Source of the DNA: Paraspadella gotoi | Lineage: Eukaryota; Animalia; Chaetognatha | Assembly: GCA_051294375.1 (NCBI GenBank) | Contig: CM119271.1 | Location: 16,516,212 to 16,580,211, forward strand | Reading direction: 5' to 3' | Length of the DNA: 64,000 bases | Shown here: one piece after another, positions 23,101 through 35,748 of the stretch | Position numbering within the stretch: the first letter of the stretch is position 1 | Layout: every line of letters starts with the position of its first letter | Position numbers and translations under genes: made by a program | Notes under the pieces: model-generated | Database searches by the model: none | Seen by the model: the letters and a program-made list of their open reading frames with translations, nothing else | What the model was told of the DNA's origin: nothing

Positions 23101-26100
23101 TAGATAGTAGTCTAACCTTGAGTAGTATAGATGCTCCCTCTTTTTTCGGAAGACAACATTGACCTTGATATTATGATAAATAAAAAAGCAATATATATAT
23201 AATTAATTAATATGAATTAAATATTAAAACCTTTATAAAATATAGAAAATAATGAAACAAGTAGTTTTGCAAATTTTTACACAATTGAAACATTCTTTTA
23301 ACCATTATACCAATTCATTGATAAGGAAGCCAGCTACTCTGGGAGTGAATAAATGAGACTGTGAGAGAGTCTTGATTGAAAGCTTGTCATTATCTTGTAA
23401 GAAGGAGGCCTTAAACCACCAAAGACTGTCCAAAATAAGGGCCAAGATAGCTTATTTATTAAATTAAATTTACATTGGATGTACCAATTTATTAACAATA
23501 GAGGAAAATTATGTAGATTTAAGAGTTAGGTTTAAGCTAAGAGGATTTAACATTTATGGGTTATTTAGAATTGAATTAGCATTAGAGATTTTAGGTTTAG
23601 AGAAAAAATAGATTTTTCATAGAATATCCCGATGTAAAAAACTGATTTCGTTTCCTTTCCTCATACACAATCTCACACACAACCTGCGATCCTCCTTTAT
23701 ATTTCTCAGGCGGCGGAGGAACAGGAACGAAGACTACTGAGCAAGAACGCGGCTTGTCGTTGTCGTTGTTGTTGTTGTTGTCATTCTCCTCGACGACGCA
23801 TCGAAACGTCTTTCGTCTTGTGACGTTAACACTTCCAACCAGAGCGACGAGGCGTTTGAGTCTCAGGGAATCCGCGATAGACGTTGAAACTTCGTTGTTG
23901 TTGTTGTCTTCCTCTTCCTCCTCCTTCCTCCACGTCAACGCCAATCTTCCGTCGTTTCCCGCCCACGCCAAAGAGCACGTCAACTCGACGTCCTCAACGA
24001 CGACGCCGACGACGACGGGAATTTCCACGGAACCGGCGCCGGAAATTTTGGCGGGAAGAAATGAATTTCCAGTCGCTGTGAAGATTTTAGAAAGTATAAG
24101 TTAACGATATGTAAGTAATAATTATGAGTCATTTATCACTATCACAAGATATATTGTCTCTCTCTTTCTCTCTTCTCTCTTCTTTGCTCTCTTTCTCTCC
24201 TCTGTCTCTCTTCTGCTCTCTCTTCTCCTCTGCTCTCATCTCTCGCCCTACGCTTTCTTCTCTCCTCCCTCTTCTATTTCTCCCCTCTCTCTATCCTCTC
24301 GCCTTTTCTCTCTCTCCTCGTATCTATGTCTTACCTCTTCTCTCTCCCCTCCTTTCTCTCTCTCCCTCCTCTCTATTTCTCCCTCTCTCTCTCTCTCTCC
24401 CTTTCTCTCTCCCCTCCTCTCTATTTCTCCCTCTCTCTCTCCCTCCTTTCTCTCTCTCCCTCCCTCTTCTATTTCCCTCCTCTCCTCTCCCCCTCCCTTC
24501 TCTCTCCCTCCCTCCTCTATTTCTCCCTCTCTCTCTCCTCCCTTTCTCTCTCTCCTCTCTCTTTCTCCTCTTCTCTCTCTCCCTTTCTCTCTCCCCCTCC
24601 TCTCTCTTTTCCCCTCTCTCTCTCCCCCTCTTTTCTCTCTCCTCCCTCTCTATTTCTCCCCTCTCTCTCTCCCTCCCTTTCTCTCTCCCCTCCTCTCTAT
24701 TCTCCCCTCTCTCTCTCCCCTCCCTTTCTCTCTCCCTCCCTCTCTATTTCTCCCCTCTCTCTCTCTCTCCCTTTCTCTCTCTCCCCTCCTCTCTTTTCTC
24801 CCTCTCTCTCTCCCCCTCCCTTTCCTCTCTCTCCCTCCCTCTCTATTTCTCTTCTCCCCTCTCTCTCTCCCCCTCCCTTTCTCTCTCTCCCTCCCTCTCT
24901 ATTTCTCCCCTCTCTCTCTCCCTCTCCCTTCCTCCCACCTCCTTTAATCTCGCAAATCGTTTCGTTGGCGAAGATGCTGACGTCGAATCTCGTAGTGGGC
25001 GTGGCGGGCGGCGCTCCATCCCCAGGTGGCGCCGTCCAGGAGCAGTCGTAGGAGCCGGCGAGATCGGGCGATGGAGCTGCGCCAAATTTGACGCCGTAGG
25101 AGCGACGGGCGACGCCGGTCAGATTGGCCGTAAGATCGGTGGAACCCTGAAGGTTTCGAGCAATCAATTTTATTTTATACCATAATTTTCTCAGTTAACG
25201 TAATTTACTAAACCTTTCTTAGGTTACTTAATTTACATAATTATTTATTTACATTAAGATACTTTAAATTACCTAATTTTCCTAATTGTTCTAATTACTT
25301 ATTTTCCTTAATTTACCATGTACCAAAATCTCCTCGAACAAAAGATAAATTTATCCACAAACTCTTCGGGCCCTCAGTGACCTCCTCCGGGCACAGGCAT
25401 GTTAAAAGTGATACCGTAAGGGATCGAACCCGGGACGCACAGGTAATTAAAGGTTATTTAGGCTGCTCAGCCAGTGAGACGAGGCAGCGGATCAACCGCG
25501 GAGAGGCAGGTTTGAGTCGAAACGCCACAACCTCATGTAATTTCAGGCTTCCCTCTCAATGAAGTGGTTAATGGTTTATTATTTTCATGAACTGTTTAGA
25601 TTTTTTAAAAAGGACTTAGATTTTTATTTAGATTTAGATTTATATTTTAGATTTTGAGAAAAAGAGATTGAGCAATCGACCTTCTCTCCACACACTACTG
25701 CCCACACACACATTTACCTTCCACAGATTCGGTCTCAATTCTTTGTTTTTGTGTGGACATTCGATCTCGAATCCTCCGACGCCGACGACGCCCACGTTAC
25801 GCGGCGTCGAGCTGCGCTGCTGGACGAACACTGCCGCGTCTACTGCCGCTGCGCCGACGACGACGACGTCGCTGCCATGGATCTTGATTTTGAGATAGTC
25901 GACGCCGCGGCGTTGGAAGATGACGCCGGTGGGCGTCGCGCCGGGGGTGGCGCTGCAGGGGAATTGAGAGAAGCCGTTGTTGGACCTGGAAAGTAGGAGT
26001 CGGACGAAAGGCGAGAGAAAAGTTAATACACGTAGAATGTAAAAACGTTTAATTCATCCAGGCCCTGCATTGCAGGGTATTCCTTCAACTCATTAGTAAT

Positions 26101-27304
26101 ATGTTTTTATCGACATCTCTGAGCAACTTTCTACGTTCTGTTACAAGGTTTACTCAATAAAACTCTACATCGTAAAAAATATAATATTAAACGGTAATTA
26201 TGAATTGTTCAATGTTCATTGATTAAAGCGGGAGGCAAGTTTTAAATCAGAACCTTGTTATGGTAATTGTTGAAATAACTTATACCACGCAAATATTAAA
26301 ATAAAAGTCCATAACGTTTATTATTTTCTAAGCCTCTCGATCTCGGGAAAGCGATTCGCAATAAATGTTCTTTTCCACGAAAGAAAAGGAAAATTTAAAG
26401 CGACAGAGTTTTTTCTGGGTTTCGACTCGCGACTGGGCTCGGCAGGTGGCAGCATCGTCGTCGTCGTCTTAACGGGTGCAACCAGGTGTCGCTATCGGAG
26501 TTGCGATAAGTTTTGAGCGCATCTATCTTTGCCGAGAAACGCGGTAAAAGAAACATTTGACGCTAAAAGACGCAATACATTTGGAGGGAGATGTGACCCG
26601 ACAGATGCGTACAGAGGCGTGCAGTTTCGTTCAGATGCCGGCAGATGTGATAGGAGTCCTAACAGATGTCGAAGAAACGCATATGAATAAAAAAAGGGAA
26701 AAATTAGAAGAAAAACAAATTTTGGGAAAAGAAATGTTTACATTAAAAGTAAACAAAACTCATATTTTCAATGAGAGATTGAAAAGCTAATAATGTAATT
26801 TTTGTTTCAAAAAATTAAATTTTCAATGAAATTTAACTTTTTATTGACTAAAGAAAATAGAGAATTAATTATTGAAAAAATTTAGACTTTTTAAAATTTA
26901 AACTGTTTTCTTTTTTTTTAGAAGATGTAATTAGAACCGAAGAAAAGAAAATAATCGAGGGAGAGAAAATCAGAAAAAAAAAAACAAGAAATTATATTTT
27001 CATTATTTTTCTTTTCGCCTTCGAGTTGTGACCCTTTTTTTATGTTTCTTTCAAATTGATGACGAAAATCTTCACTGGTTTCCTAATTTTTTTTTTCGAG
27101 GACACTTGGGCGTTTGTGATAATTTTTATTTTAAATTTTGGAGATGGATATTAGATTAAGTGATATGTAGTTTTCAATTTAGTTTTGAATTGCTTTGAAA
27201 CAGTATACAACTTTTGAGAGTAGAACAGTTTTTCAAACTGTTTCTCTTTTTACTTCTTCATCCAAGTTTGACTCAAACACGAAAACCTTGATTTCGTGAA
27301 CTAA

Positions 27305-27351
<47 letters not shown>

Positions 27352-27571
27352 TAACATTCGAAAATCCAAAAAAAGAATTTAAAAACAAAGCGAAGGAAGA
27401 AAATCTAAACTGACTAAAGAGATGCATCCCCTCATCTTAAAAAAATATTGGAACAAAATGAAAAGAACATTTTTTGGGAAACTGATTTCGGGAGTTTCCT
27501 TTCATTCTTTTGATTCTTTAGATTTGAAGTCGATTTAGACCGAATAAAAGATTTAAAGAATTGAAAATAGT

Positions 27572-27634
<63 letters not shown>

Positions 27635-28184
27635 TCAAAAACAATAAATGATTTACAAGAAAATGGGAGAATAAATAATAATTTGTAAATTTTACAATTT
27701 TCTTGAATTGTTTAAACAGTTTCTGCTATTCTAAGATTGAACAATATTAGGATAATAATTAAAACTAAATTCAGAGTCACGAACGAAAAAAAAATTAAAA
27801 CATAAAAAGAGCAACGAAATTAATTTTGAACTTTGAGAATATTAATTAAACATTAGGTCAAATTTTGTTTTCGCCGCACCCAAAGACTTTTAATTTGAAC
27901 AATTTAAATTACTTTATATAATTTAGGTAAGAACAGGGCCGTGACTCATGATGTCCTGCTCGTTTTTTTAGCAGTTCTTTTTTTATTTTAACTATCTTTT
28001 TCAAAAATATAGTGTACCAAACGAATACGGTTGTAAAAGTAAAAAGTATTTAAGATTTAAGAATATTCAGGATAATTTTAAGAAAAGATTTATTTTGGAA
28101 GAAGATAAAAATTTAGATTTTACACACGGTTCTTCAAACAAACTGTTCCGCCAATAATGTAAAATGTATTTTGGCCTTGAGACA

Positions 28185-28256
<72 letters not shown>

Positions 28257-28861
28257 TCTCTCGCTAAAAAGGTCCGTATGTAAGTATATGTACGAAAAAA
28301 TTAAAATTCAAATTAATTTGTTAGGGATTTAATTCTTCAGTTAATTATTAATAATTAAACCTTCGAGTAAATTGTAATTATCATTTACAATGTGATTGAA
28401 AATCAATCTCTTGAAAAAATTCTCTCTCTCGCTCAATTCAAATATTTTGCGCTGAAGATAAAAAAGAAAAAAAAGATTGCAAAGAACATAGAGAGAGGAT
28501 AGAAAGATAGAGGAAGAGAAAAAGTAAAAAAAAGATAGCAAAGAAAAAGAAAATAGCAAAGAACATAGAGAGAAGATAGAAAGATAGAGGAAGAGAAAAA
28601 GTAAAAAAAGATAGAAAATAAGCGGGAAAGAAATAATAAATTAAAGGGAAAAAATCAAAACAGAAAAACTGGGACACATTTAGGAAACTTTTCTTTCAGT
28701 ACTACATGATGGAGATTGAAATATCTTTTGAGCTTACTGAGAGGAAGAGAGAAAGACAGAGAGAGAGAGAAGGAGAGAGAGAGAGACTTAAGAGATACTT
28801 GAACCCGCTGGAGAGATTTAGGGGGGAAAATCTTTGACTAATCTCAAAGTAAGTAACTTTT

Positions 28862-28906
<45 letters not shown>

Positions 28907-30510
28907 GATTAATCGAAGGAAATCTTAAAATCGTAAAGTCGTATGACGTTTCAATTTTATTACCTTTAATGTTTGTTTTAAAAAATAAAGTCTCAAATAT
29001 CCCGCAATATAGCATTCATTTTGTTTTAAAGTTTTGCATTTTTAATATTACTTATTATAGTAAAATTTGACTTTTTTACTTTGTGTAAATTCCTTCTTTC
29101 GTTGTGTTTGTGATTTAGAGATAGTTTGACTTTTTTACTACAGCTTTTTGAATTTATTCACTGTAAATTCAGGGAGTCTGAAGTAGATTTTTACTTATAA
29201 AAATTGCAAAATTACTTGTCATACTTTATAAAACTACTACATTTGAAAAAAATAGTCTAAAAATTAAAATATATTCTTCATATATATTAAACCTGATGCA
29301 TATTTTTACTTAATATATTTGTAATATGGTAGGGTGAGAGATGTTAGCAATGTCTTCTGAAAATACTAAGAGGATTCTATACACCACGAGTCAAGAGGCT
29401 AAAAATTTTTGTTTGCCCTTTGTTGGTTTCTAATCAGATATTATACATAATTGTTGTTAGGAAGTCATTTATTAAAAAGTGCAAATATCTATACTTCCAT
29501 ATTTGCCTTCGTCAATAACCCACTTAATCTAAGGCTTCCACACAAACTTCTCCCGACAACACTTGTTTTCCAAAAACTCCCCAATTCATCCTAAATTCGG
29601 AATCAGGTTAAATTTTGGGGTTAAGAATTAGGAGGTGAGGTGAGGTAAGGTATTTGGTTAGTGATTGAGATTAGGGATTTGATTGATTACCGATTAGGGT
29701 CGGCGAATTTGGGTACTTAAAGTTAAATGTTACGGTCAAAAGAATGGGATGAAAGAAGAGAAATGGGGCGCTTTTAGAAAAGAGAGCCCCTCCCTTTTAC
29801 CTGTCCTCACTGTCGCTGTAAATGACATCAAAACAATCCTCGACTTGTTTTCTTCCTCCTTTAACGAAACTGAGTTCGACTAAGTCGCCGTAAGACGGAT
29901 CCAGGCGAAGGGACAGTACGCAGGAGATTCCTTGGAAGGAGAAATGATTCAACTCTCAGGGTCCTTTGCTATGCTGTTTTATTGTACAATGAATGAAGAG
30001 ACAGACTGAGAGAGAGAGACAGACATTCAGACAGTCTTACCCATGTCTTACCTAAGTCATCCACCCAGGGAGATAGACAGATGATCATCTCATCCAACAG
30101 ACAAAGAGACGGTTAGACGAACAGACAGACAGTCATGCCCATCGACGGTAGTCTTACCCGAGCAGTTTACCACAGGGTCTTCCATTTTCGCGCAGGACAG
30201 GCTCGCTTTGACGCCCACAGATGGATAGATATACGGATAGACAAGACATGCAGACAGACAAACGGACAGGCAGACCGACCAACTAACCGGACGAATCCAC
30301 CTCCGGATCTTCGACTTTTCCGCTGGAGATGGCGACATGTACGCCGACGACCAAATCCTCGGAGGTGAGTTTCTCTTTGGAGGATCGAAGGGTGCAGACG
30401 TCGATGGAGGTAGGGGTAGGGGTGGTGGAGGGAGGCGGAGGGGTGGTGGAGGTGGTGGAGGAAGAGGAGAAGAGGAAGAGGAAGAAGAAGAGACGAGATG
30501 ATTGGGTCAT
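19418..30510 (-). CDS. Type-I membrane receptor, paralog 3 (~543 aa, most divergent): hydrophobic leader plus Thr/Pro stretch, CUB-like, Ig, Ig, TM, tail ending SYRTSQI
   Basis: Exons are 30510-30288, 29930-29801, 25985-25718, 25146-24939, 24075-23684, 21449-21264 and 19642-19418. Introns are GT-AG, phases are consistent, and the total is 1632 nt. Motifs shared with paralogs 1 and 2: IDVC, CVLSLRL..ELSF..DCFDV, LAGSYDCSW, LTCSLAWAG..LTW, PRSCSVVF. The TM is GFVALGVFIVVVVVAVVVAVLFF followed by KRRR. Confidence 0.8.
20498..21216 (+). mobile_element. HINE/DINE-1-like repeat, family 2
   Basis: It starts aacaagtttgagcaaac and contains (GGAC)n. The 3' hairpin gttggaatctgct-gatt-agcagatccgac is followed by taaaaa. 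Confidence 0.65.
21455..22030. repeat. G-rich minisatellite of ~30-35 bp units (gatttagattaattaaagggggttgggga)
   Basis: Visible tandem array directly next to the acceptor of the TM exon of paralog 3. Confidence 0.85.
22880..23031. mobile_element. MITE with TG..CA termini, ~36-bp TIRs and a 4-bp TSD (Ginger-like signature)
   Basis: TIR tgaggcgacttaccaccggtctctctctctaaaccc is present at both ends. TSD tcat is at 22876-22879 and 23032-23035. A related copy lies at 54708-54825. Confidence 0.75.
24156..24936. repeat. ~780-bp polypyrimidine (CT-rich) tract filling an intron of paralog 3
   Basis: Almost pure C/T, with recurring ctctatttctccc units. Confidence 0.9.
25372..25529 (-). mobile_element. 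Partial LTR of TRIM family C
   Basis: cagtgacc..gggatcgaacccggg..tttaggctgctcagccagtgagacgag..gccaca is homologous to 41590-41770. Confidence 0.65.
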
Positions 30511-32057
30511 CTTCGTTTTTTTAAGGAGAAGGAACAGATTACGTTTTGTAACGGAGCTGTCTTGTTTTTTTGTTTTGTTTTATAGTTTTTGGTTGTTTTT
30601 CTTTTTCGTTTTGGTTTTGTTTTATTGTTTTTATTGTTTTTTTTTCTTTTGTGATTTGGTGTTTTGTTGTTGTTTTAATAATTGAATATGCTTTAAAAAA
30701 ACGCGGCAAAGACGGCATCCAGAGGATCCTCGATGCTGTTAGAGATTTTCTATTGAAGAGGCCCGTTGTACGGGAGAGATACAGCGAGATCGTTTTCGTT
30801 CTAGTGATATTTTATGTGGAACCTCATAAAATCGTTGTAAAAATTCAAAAACTTTGCTAATGTGGTACCTCGAAGTTTGTCCGATTGTTATTCACAATCT
30901 CCTACATTTTTGTTTGAGAAAAATTTTTCTCACTTTTTAAACTAAAAAAAAATGAAATAAAATGAATGTTAATGTGAATATAGTTGACTTTGAATGGACA
31001 ATGCAGTGATGTTTTTGCTTTTTCCACCATCGACGAAAACTTCGCTTTCCTTGTGACACTGAAGCGTGAAACCTTCTTCCGTGAAATTTGCTTTGTGTAA
31101 CGTCACGAGAAAGAATTTCGAGTTACAAAATCAGAGAAGAGAAAATCTGACGAATTTTCGTTTGAAGATTCACGATTTTAATGTCGTTGTTGTTGTTATT
31201 GTTGCTTTGGTTTTCAGTCACTTAATAATCGACTAATTGCTAACAAATGCAGAATTAATCACAGTTTTCAATCGTACTATATCACAATATATACTATAAA
31301 TCCCGCGCTTGCAAGAATTTACAAGCTTGCAAGAATTTACAAGCTTGCAAGCTTTAACCGGCTGGCTTCAAACACTTTTGTTTTGATTCATTATATTTAC
31401 TACTAAACATAATTTGGCTGAAATGTTTAGTCATAAACTGTTATTTCCTCACTCCGAGCATTGAAAATTTTAAGGATAAACTAAACAATATACGTTCCGG
31501 GGCATGCAGCTTGTTCAGGGGCAAGCAGCTTGTGATACACGGATAAAATATGAACCTTGGTGGCAGAACCATCATGATTTGATATAGATGGTTATGACGA
31601 TGCATTGACGATTCATTGACGATATAGTGTATGATTTATGCAAGCAAAACATTATTAAAAACAATCGAAAGAAAGATGAGAGCAAAAACGCCCGACCTCT
31701 GTTGTTTTTGTTGTTTTTGTTGTTGTTGTTGTTGTTTGACAAAAGCCGTTGTCCCCGTGCGGCAATCCGAATTCCTTAAGATCAATTTCTTGTTTTTTTT
31801 TCTTTTTTTGAATTTTTTTTATTTTCAACGGTTTTTTCTTTAATTTCTTTACGCGAGTAAGGATCAAATGAAATTGAAAGCAGGTAAGAGGAGAACAAAA
31901 AACCTAGTTTTTTGTTTCAGTTGAAAGTAGGAGCCGTACACAGGTCAATGACAGAAAAAGAGAGAGAGAGAAGAGAGAAAGAGAGAGAGAAGAGAAGAGA
32001 GAGAGAGAGAAGAGGAGNNNNNNNNNNNNNNNNNNNNNNNNNCATGAAAGAGAGAGC

Positions 32058-32088
<31 letters not shown>

Positions 32089-32559
32089 AGGTATAAGCTG
32101 GGTAGTTGACAGGGTGGAAGAGTGATAGTAGAAATGGTGGCAGGGCAGGAAGGGGAGAGTGAGGGAGAGAGTAGCCGAGAAGGTTGAGAGAGAGTCACTT
32201 ACCCCGGCAACTCGTCCTCTAACCCGCGGTTGAAGAGATATGACGAGAACAAAACCAGTTTTTTTGATATTTTGAGGAAGCAGCAGCATGAAAAGAGAGC
32301 GAAGAGAGAAGGAGAGAGAGTAGAGAGAGAAGAGAGAGATGAAGAGAAGAGAAGTAGAGAGATGAGAGAGAAGAGAAGAGACAGAGAGAGAAATTTTAGT
32401 ACCGTAGTGGCCGGGAGGAGGAGGAACAGCTTTTGACAATGATATTTGAAATAACTGATTCTCTGAGTCGTAAAATCAGAGGGAAATGGATAATAGTGAG
32501 ACAGCAGCACGTAACGCATAGTATATCCAGAAAGACCTGCGAGAACAGCCCCTAGCTCG

Positions 32560-35377
32560 CATCAAATTGCAGATGCTTCGTACGGGCGCGTTCAAAAAAA
32601 GCGTCTTCGTCGAGAAATCTAAGAATTAATACGGCCAAACAATGTAAACGGTTATATGCAAATAGTAGTTAGAACGTTGCTATGTTGTCAGTTCATAATA
32701 TAGCTCTAGAATCCGGGGAAGGTAAGGTCGTGCACGTCGAGTTTTAGTCAGAGTCTCACCAGAGGAACGGATTGGTATACGAAACTAGAACTGATTGATT
32801 CTGTTACGGGTGGTAAACAAATATAAAATGAGAAAGTAAGATTCTTTGCACGAAAGTTTATGACAAGGAAAACCTGAGAAGAAGTGTAGAAGAAGAGTAG
32901 AAGAGGAGAGGAGAGAGAGAGAGAGAGGGGATGAGGAAGAAGAAGAGAGCAGAGAGAGAGAGAGAGAGAGGAGAGGAGACGAGAGAGAGAGAACGAGAGA
33001 ATATTCTTATTATCAAGAAGCAATTTATCCCATCAATGAAAGAGAAGTCAGAAATGAAGATAAAATTTTTAAAAAGGAGTTTTGGTGAATGTTGTTTTGG
33101 TGAGTTGGGTGAAGTAAAGTTTGGATCAAAATGTCCTAGCAGTTAGATCTTGAAAGACTATCATGATTAGTCGAATTCTATCTGTAGTTAATTTTTTTTT
33201 TTTTTACAAAAAAAGGTAACACCAGTCAGCTTATTTTTTATATAGTATCTCACCTTCATATATATTGTCAAATTTTAAATGTTTTTTTTCTAATATCTGA
33301 GACAGATTCAGATTTCTAGTTAACAATATTATAAGAAGAAAATGTAAATCTTTTTCAAATAGATTAATCGTTCAACCCTAAAGGTGGCTCATTGAGTAAA
33401 GCTATCAGCTTATGACACTGTACCAAGGGTTCCAACATATTAGGGCAACGCCAACCCGTACTACCCATGCGGGATCGTGAGTACGGCGTAAGCGACTTTG
33501 GGAGCGTGGCAAACCCTACCAAGCCTGGATTCCACAGCTCAGGGCCCATTCCATGCCTGCTAGAGGGGGTCTATAGAAGTTATGAGACAGTCATTTCAGC
33601 CACGTAGGCCTTATTCAGAGAAGTAATGCTTCTGCTTATATGATTTTCACCAAAATTTCCCAAAATTTTGTTAGAAACCGGCGCAAAAAAATATGACTAA
33701 TGTTAATCAAAAAGCGGATATCATGTACAGGATAACTCCGATAACGATTCCTATTTAATTTTTTCAGACGTTTATCGAGCAGACAGAACTTAAGCTGGGA
33801 CCTTCCCTGCAATTATTTTTCTGCCTGGTTTGATTAAATAAAGAGACAGAACACTAACATCATCCATTATATTATCAAGGGATATACTTTATATTAAGAA
33901 TAAATTGATATTATTGAAATTTTATTAAAATTATTTGACATTTATAAATTTTAATATACACATTTTAAGTCTAACTATATAAATACAAGTTATCTTTGGC
34001 CATTAAAAGTGATTTTTTTTTCCTACACAATAAAATCTTTTTATTTGATCCTTTTTTGTCCGTATTATTCTGATTTTTTGTTAATATTGTTATTTACCTC
34101 ATCTTAATAAAAAAAATGAATCGATGGGAGTAATTAGACTAAATTTATTAGCGCTCCCACATTACACGCCGCCCGTGTTGACGCGACCGCTCGAGCCGAC
34201 CAACGCCAAAGAAGATTGATTGGAACTTATTATTATTTGCCGAATCGAATTAGTTTCGAGCGTTGGAAGTCTGTCTGACTTATTATCCTCTATCTCGTCG
34301 AATCGGTCGGTTTGTTTTGTCCTGTCTGTTTATCTGTCTGTCAGTTTGGCTAACTGTCTCTCGAGGACTATGGTTTTTGGTTTGTACATTTCTTAAATAG
34401 AATGAAAGGATGACTAAAAGGACGCAAGCAACCTCAGATTCTCTCTCTCTTCTATCTCTTTCTCTCTCTTCTACATTCTCATCTCTCTCTCATCTCTCTC
34501 GATCTCTCCTCTCTCTCTCGACTCGTCTCTCTCTCAGGTCTACGTCTCTCTCTAATGCGCTCGTGAATTGAACGGAGAAAGATCTGAGACAAAAGAAAGG
34601 GAGGAAAGGGACAAAAGGGAAACAGAGGAAAGTGAAAAAGAAAGTAAAAAGAAAGCAAAGAATGTAAAAAAAGAAAAATTATGATATTCAAAACGGAACT
34701 AAAGCAAATAGTATAAATTCCATTACTAAACTCATTACTTTCAACGATATAATTCAACGGTGATCGCCACTCTTATACCCTTTCCATACCCTGTTATACT
34801 GGAGTTAAAACAACCTTTCTCTACTCCCTCCCTCTCCTCGCTCCTCTACGCTCAGATCATTTCCCTTTTTGATTTCCTGCAATATCAATTTTTTTATTCG
34901 ATTTCTCGCCACTCGAAATCTCGCAGGCAGCCTCTACTGGAAGAGGCCCATCTTAATGGAGGGCTTTTCTCAAAATGATGTCCGCGCACTTTTATGTTTT
35001 CGATTATTAGTGACGACGACGACGACGACGACGACGAACGAACGACGACGACGACCGAACGATAATGACTAGACAGTGACCCGTCCATTTTGCTATTCAA
35101 GAACTTTTTATTAGTCAAAGATTTCTACTTAAAATTAAGGGGAGTAAGTTCTGACCAAGAACAGAAGACTATTTTAATAAGAATGGGGCACATGAATTTT
35201 TGATATTTATTTCAATTACTAATAAATTAGATATCAACGGTAGATCTTAGGAGAAAATTCTTATTTAATAAATTGAGAACAGACAAAGATGCGTGCCTAA
35301 TAGTAATATAAAAACCAAAAGGTTAAAACTTATATAAAATTGTTATGATAACATTTAACAAACAAGCCTGCGTATCC

Positions 35378-35413
<36 letters not shown>

Positions 35414-35714
35414 TAGTCCTGTATGAATCAGCCTTCAGCACCTCTGCATCAATTCAGTCTTCGTGCCGTTCAAACTTTTCGTCAGAAAAGAATTATAGCA
35501 ACAGTAACGGGTTATCAAAGTAGTAGACGTTGCATGTTTCAGTTCTATAATAAGCTCTAGAATCCGGAAGGTAAGTCGCCGTCGAGTTTTTAGTTTCAGA
35601 GTCTCACCAAGGAACGGATTGTAACGAAACTACTGATTGATTCTGGTTACGGTGGTAAGAAAAAATAGGAGAAAAGTCAAGATTCTTTGCACGAAAGTTT
35701 TGACAAGAAAACCT

Positions 35715-35748
<34 letters not shown>

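Noticed and set aside
24124-25185. Long L/S/P-rich ORFs (353 aa and 241 aa) on the + strand
   Set aside because: These are translations of the CT tract and are antisense to a real exon. The same applies to the ORFs at 48306-48968 and 62666-63460 and to the (GA)n-derived RERERE ORFs.
34150-34215. tacacgccgcccgt, resembling the SSU rRNA 3' conserved motif
   Set aside because: The match is short and imperfect, the flanks are not rRNA-like, and the motif is not preserved in the duplicate copy.
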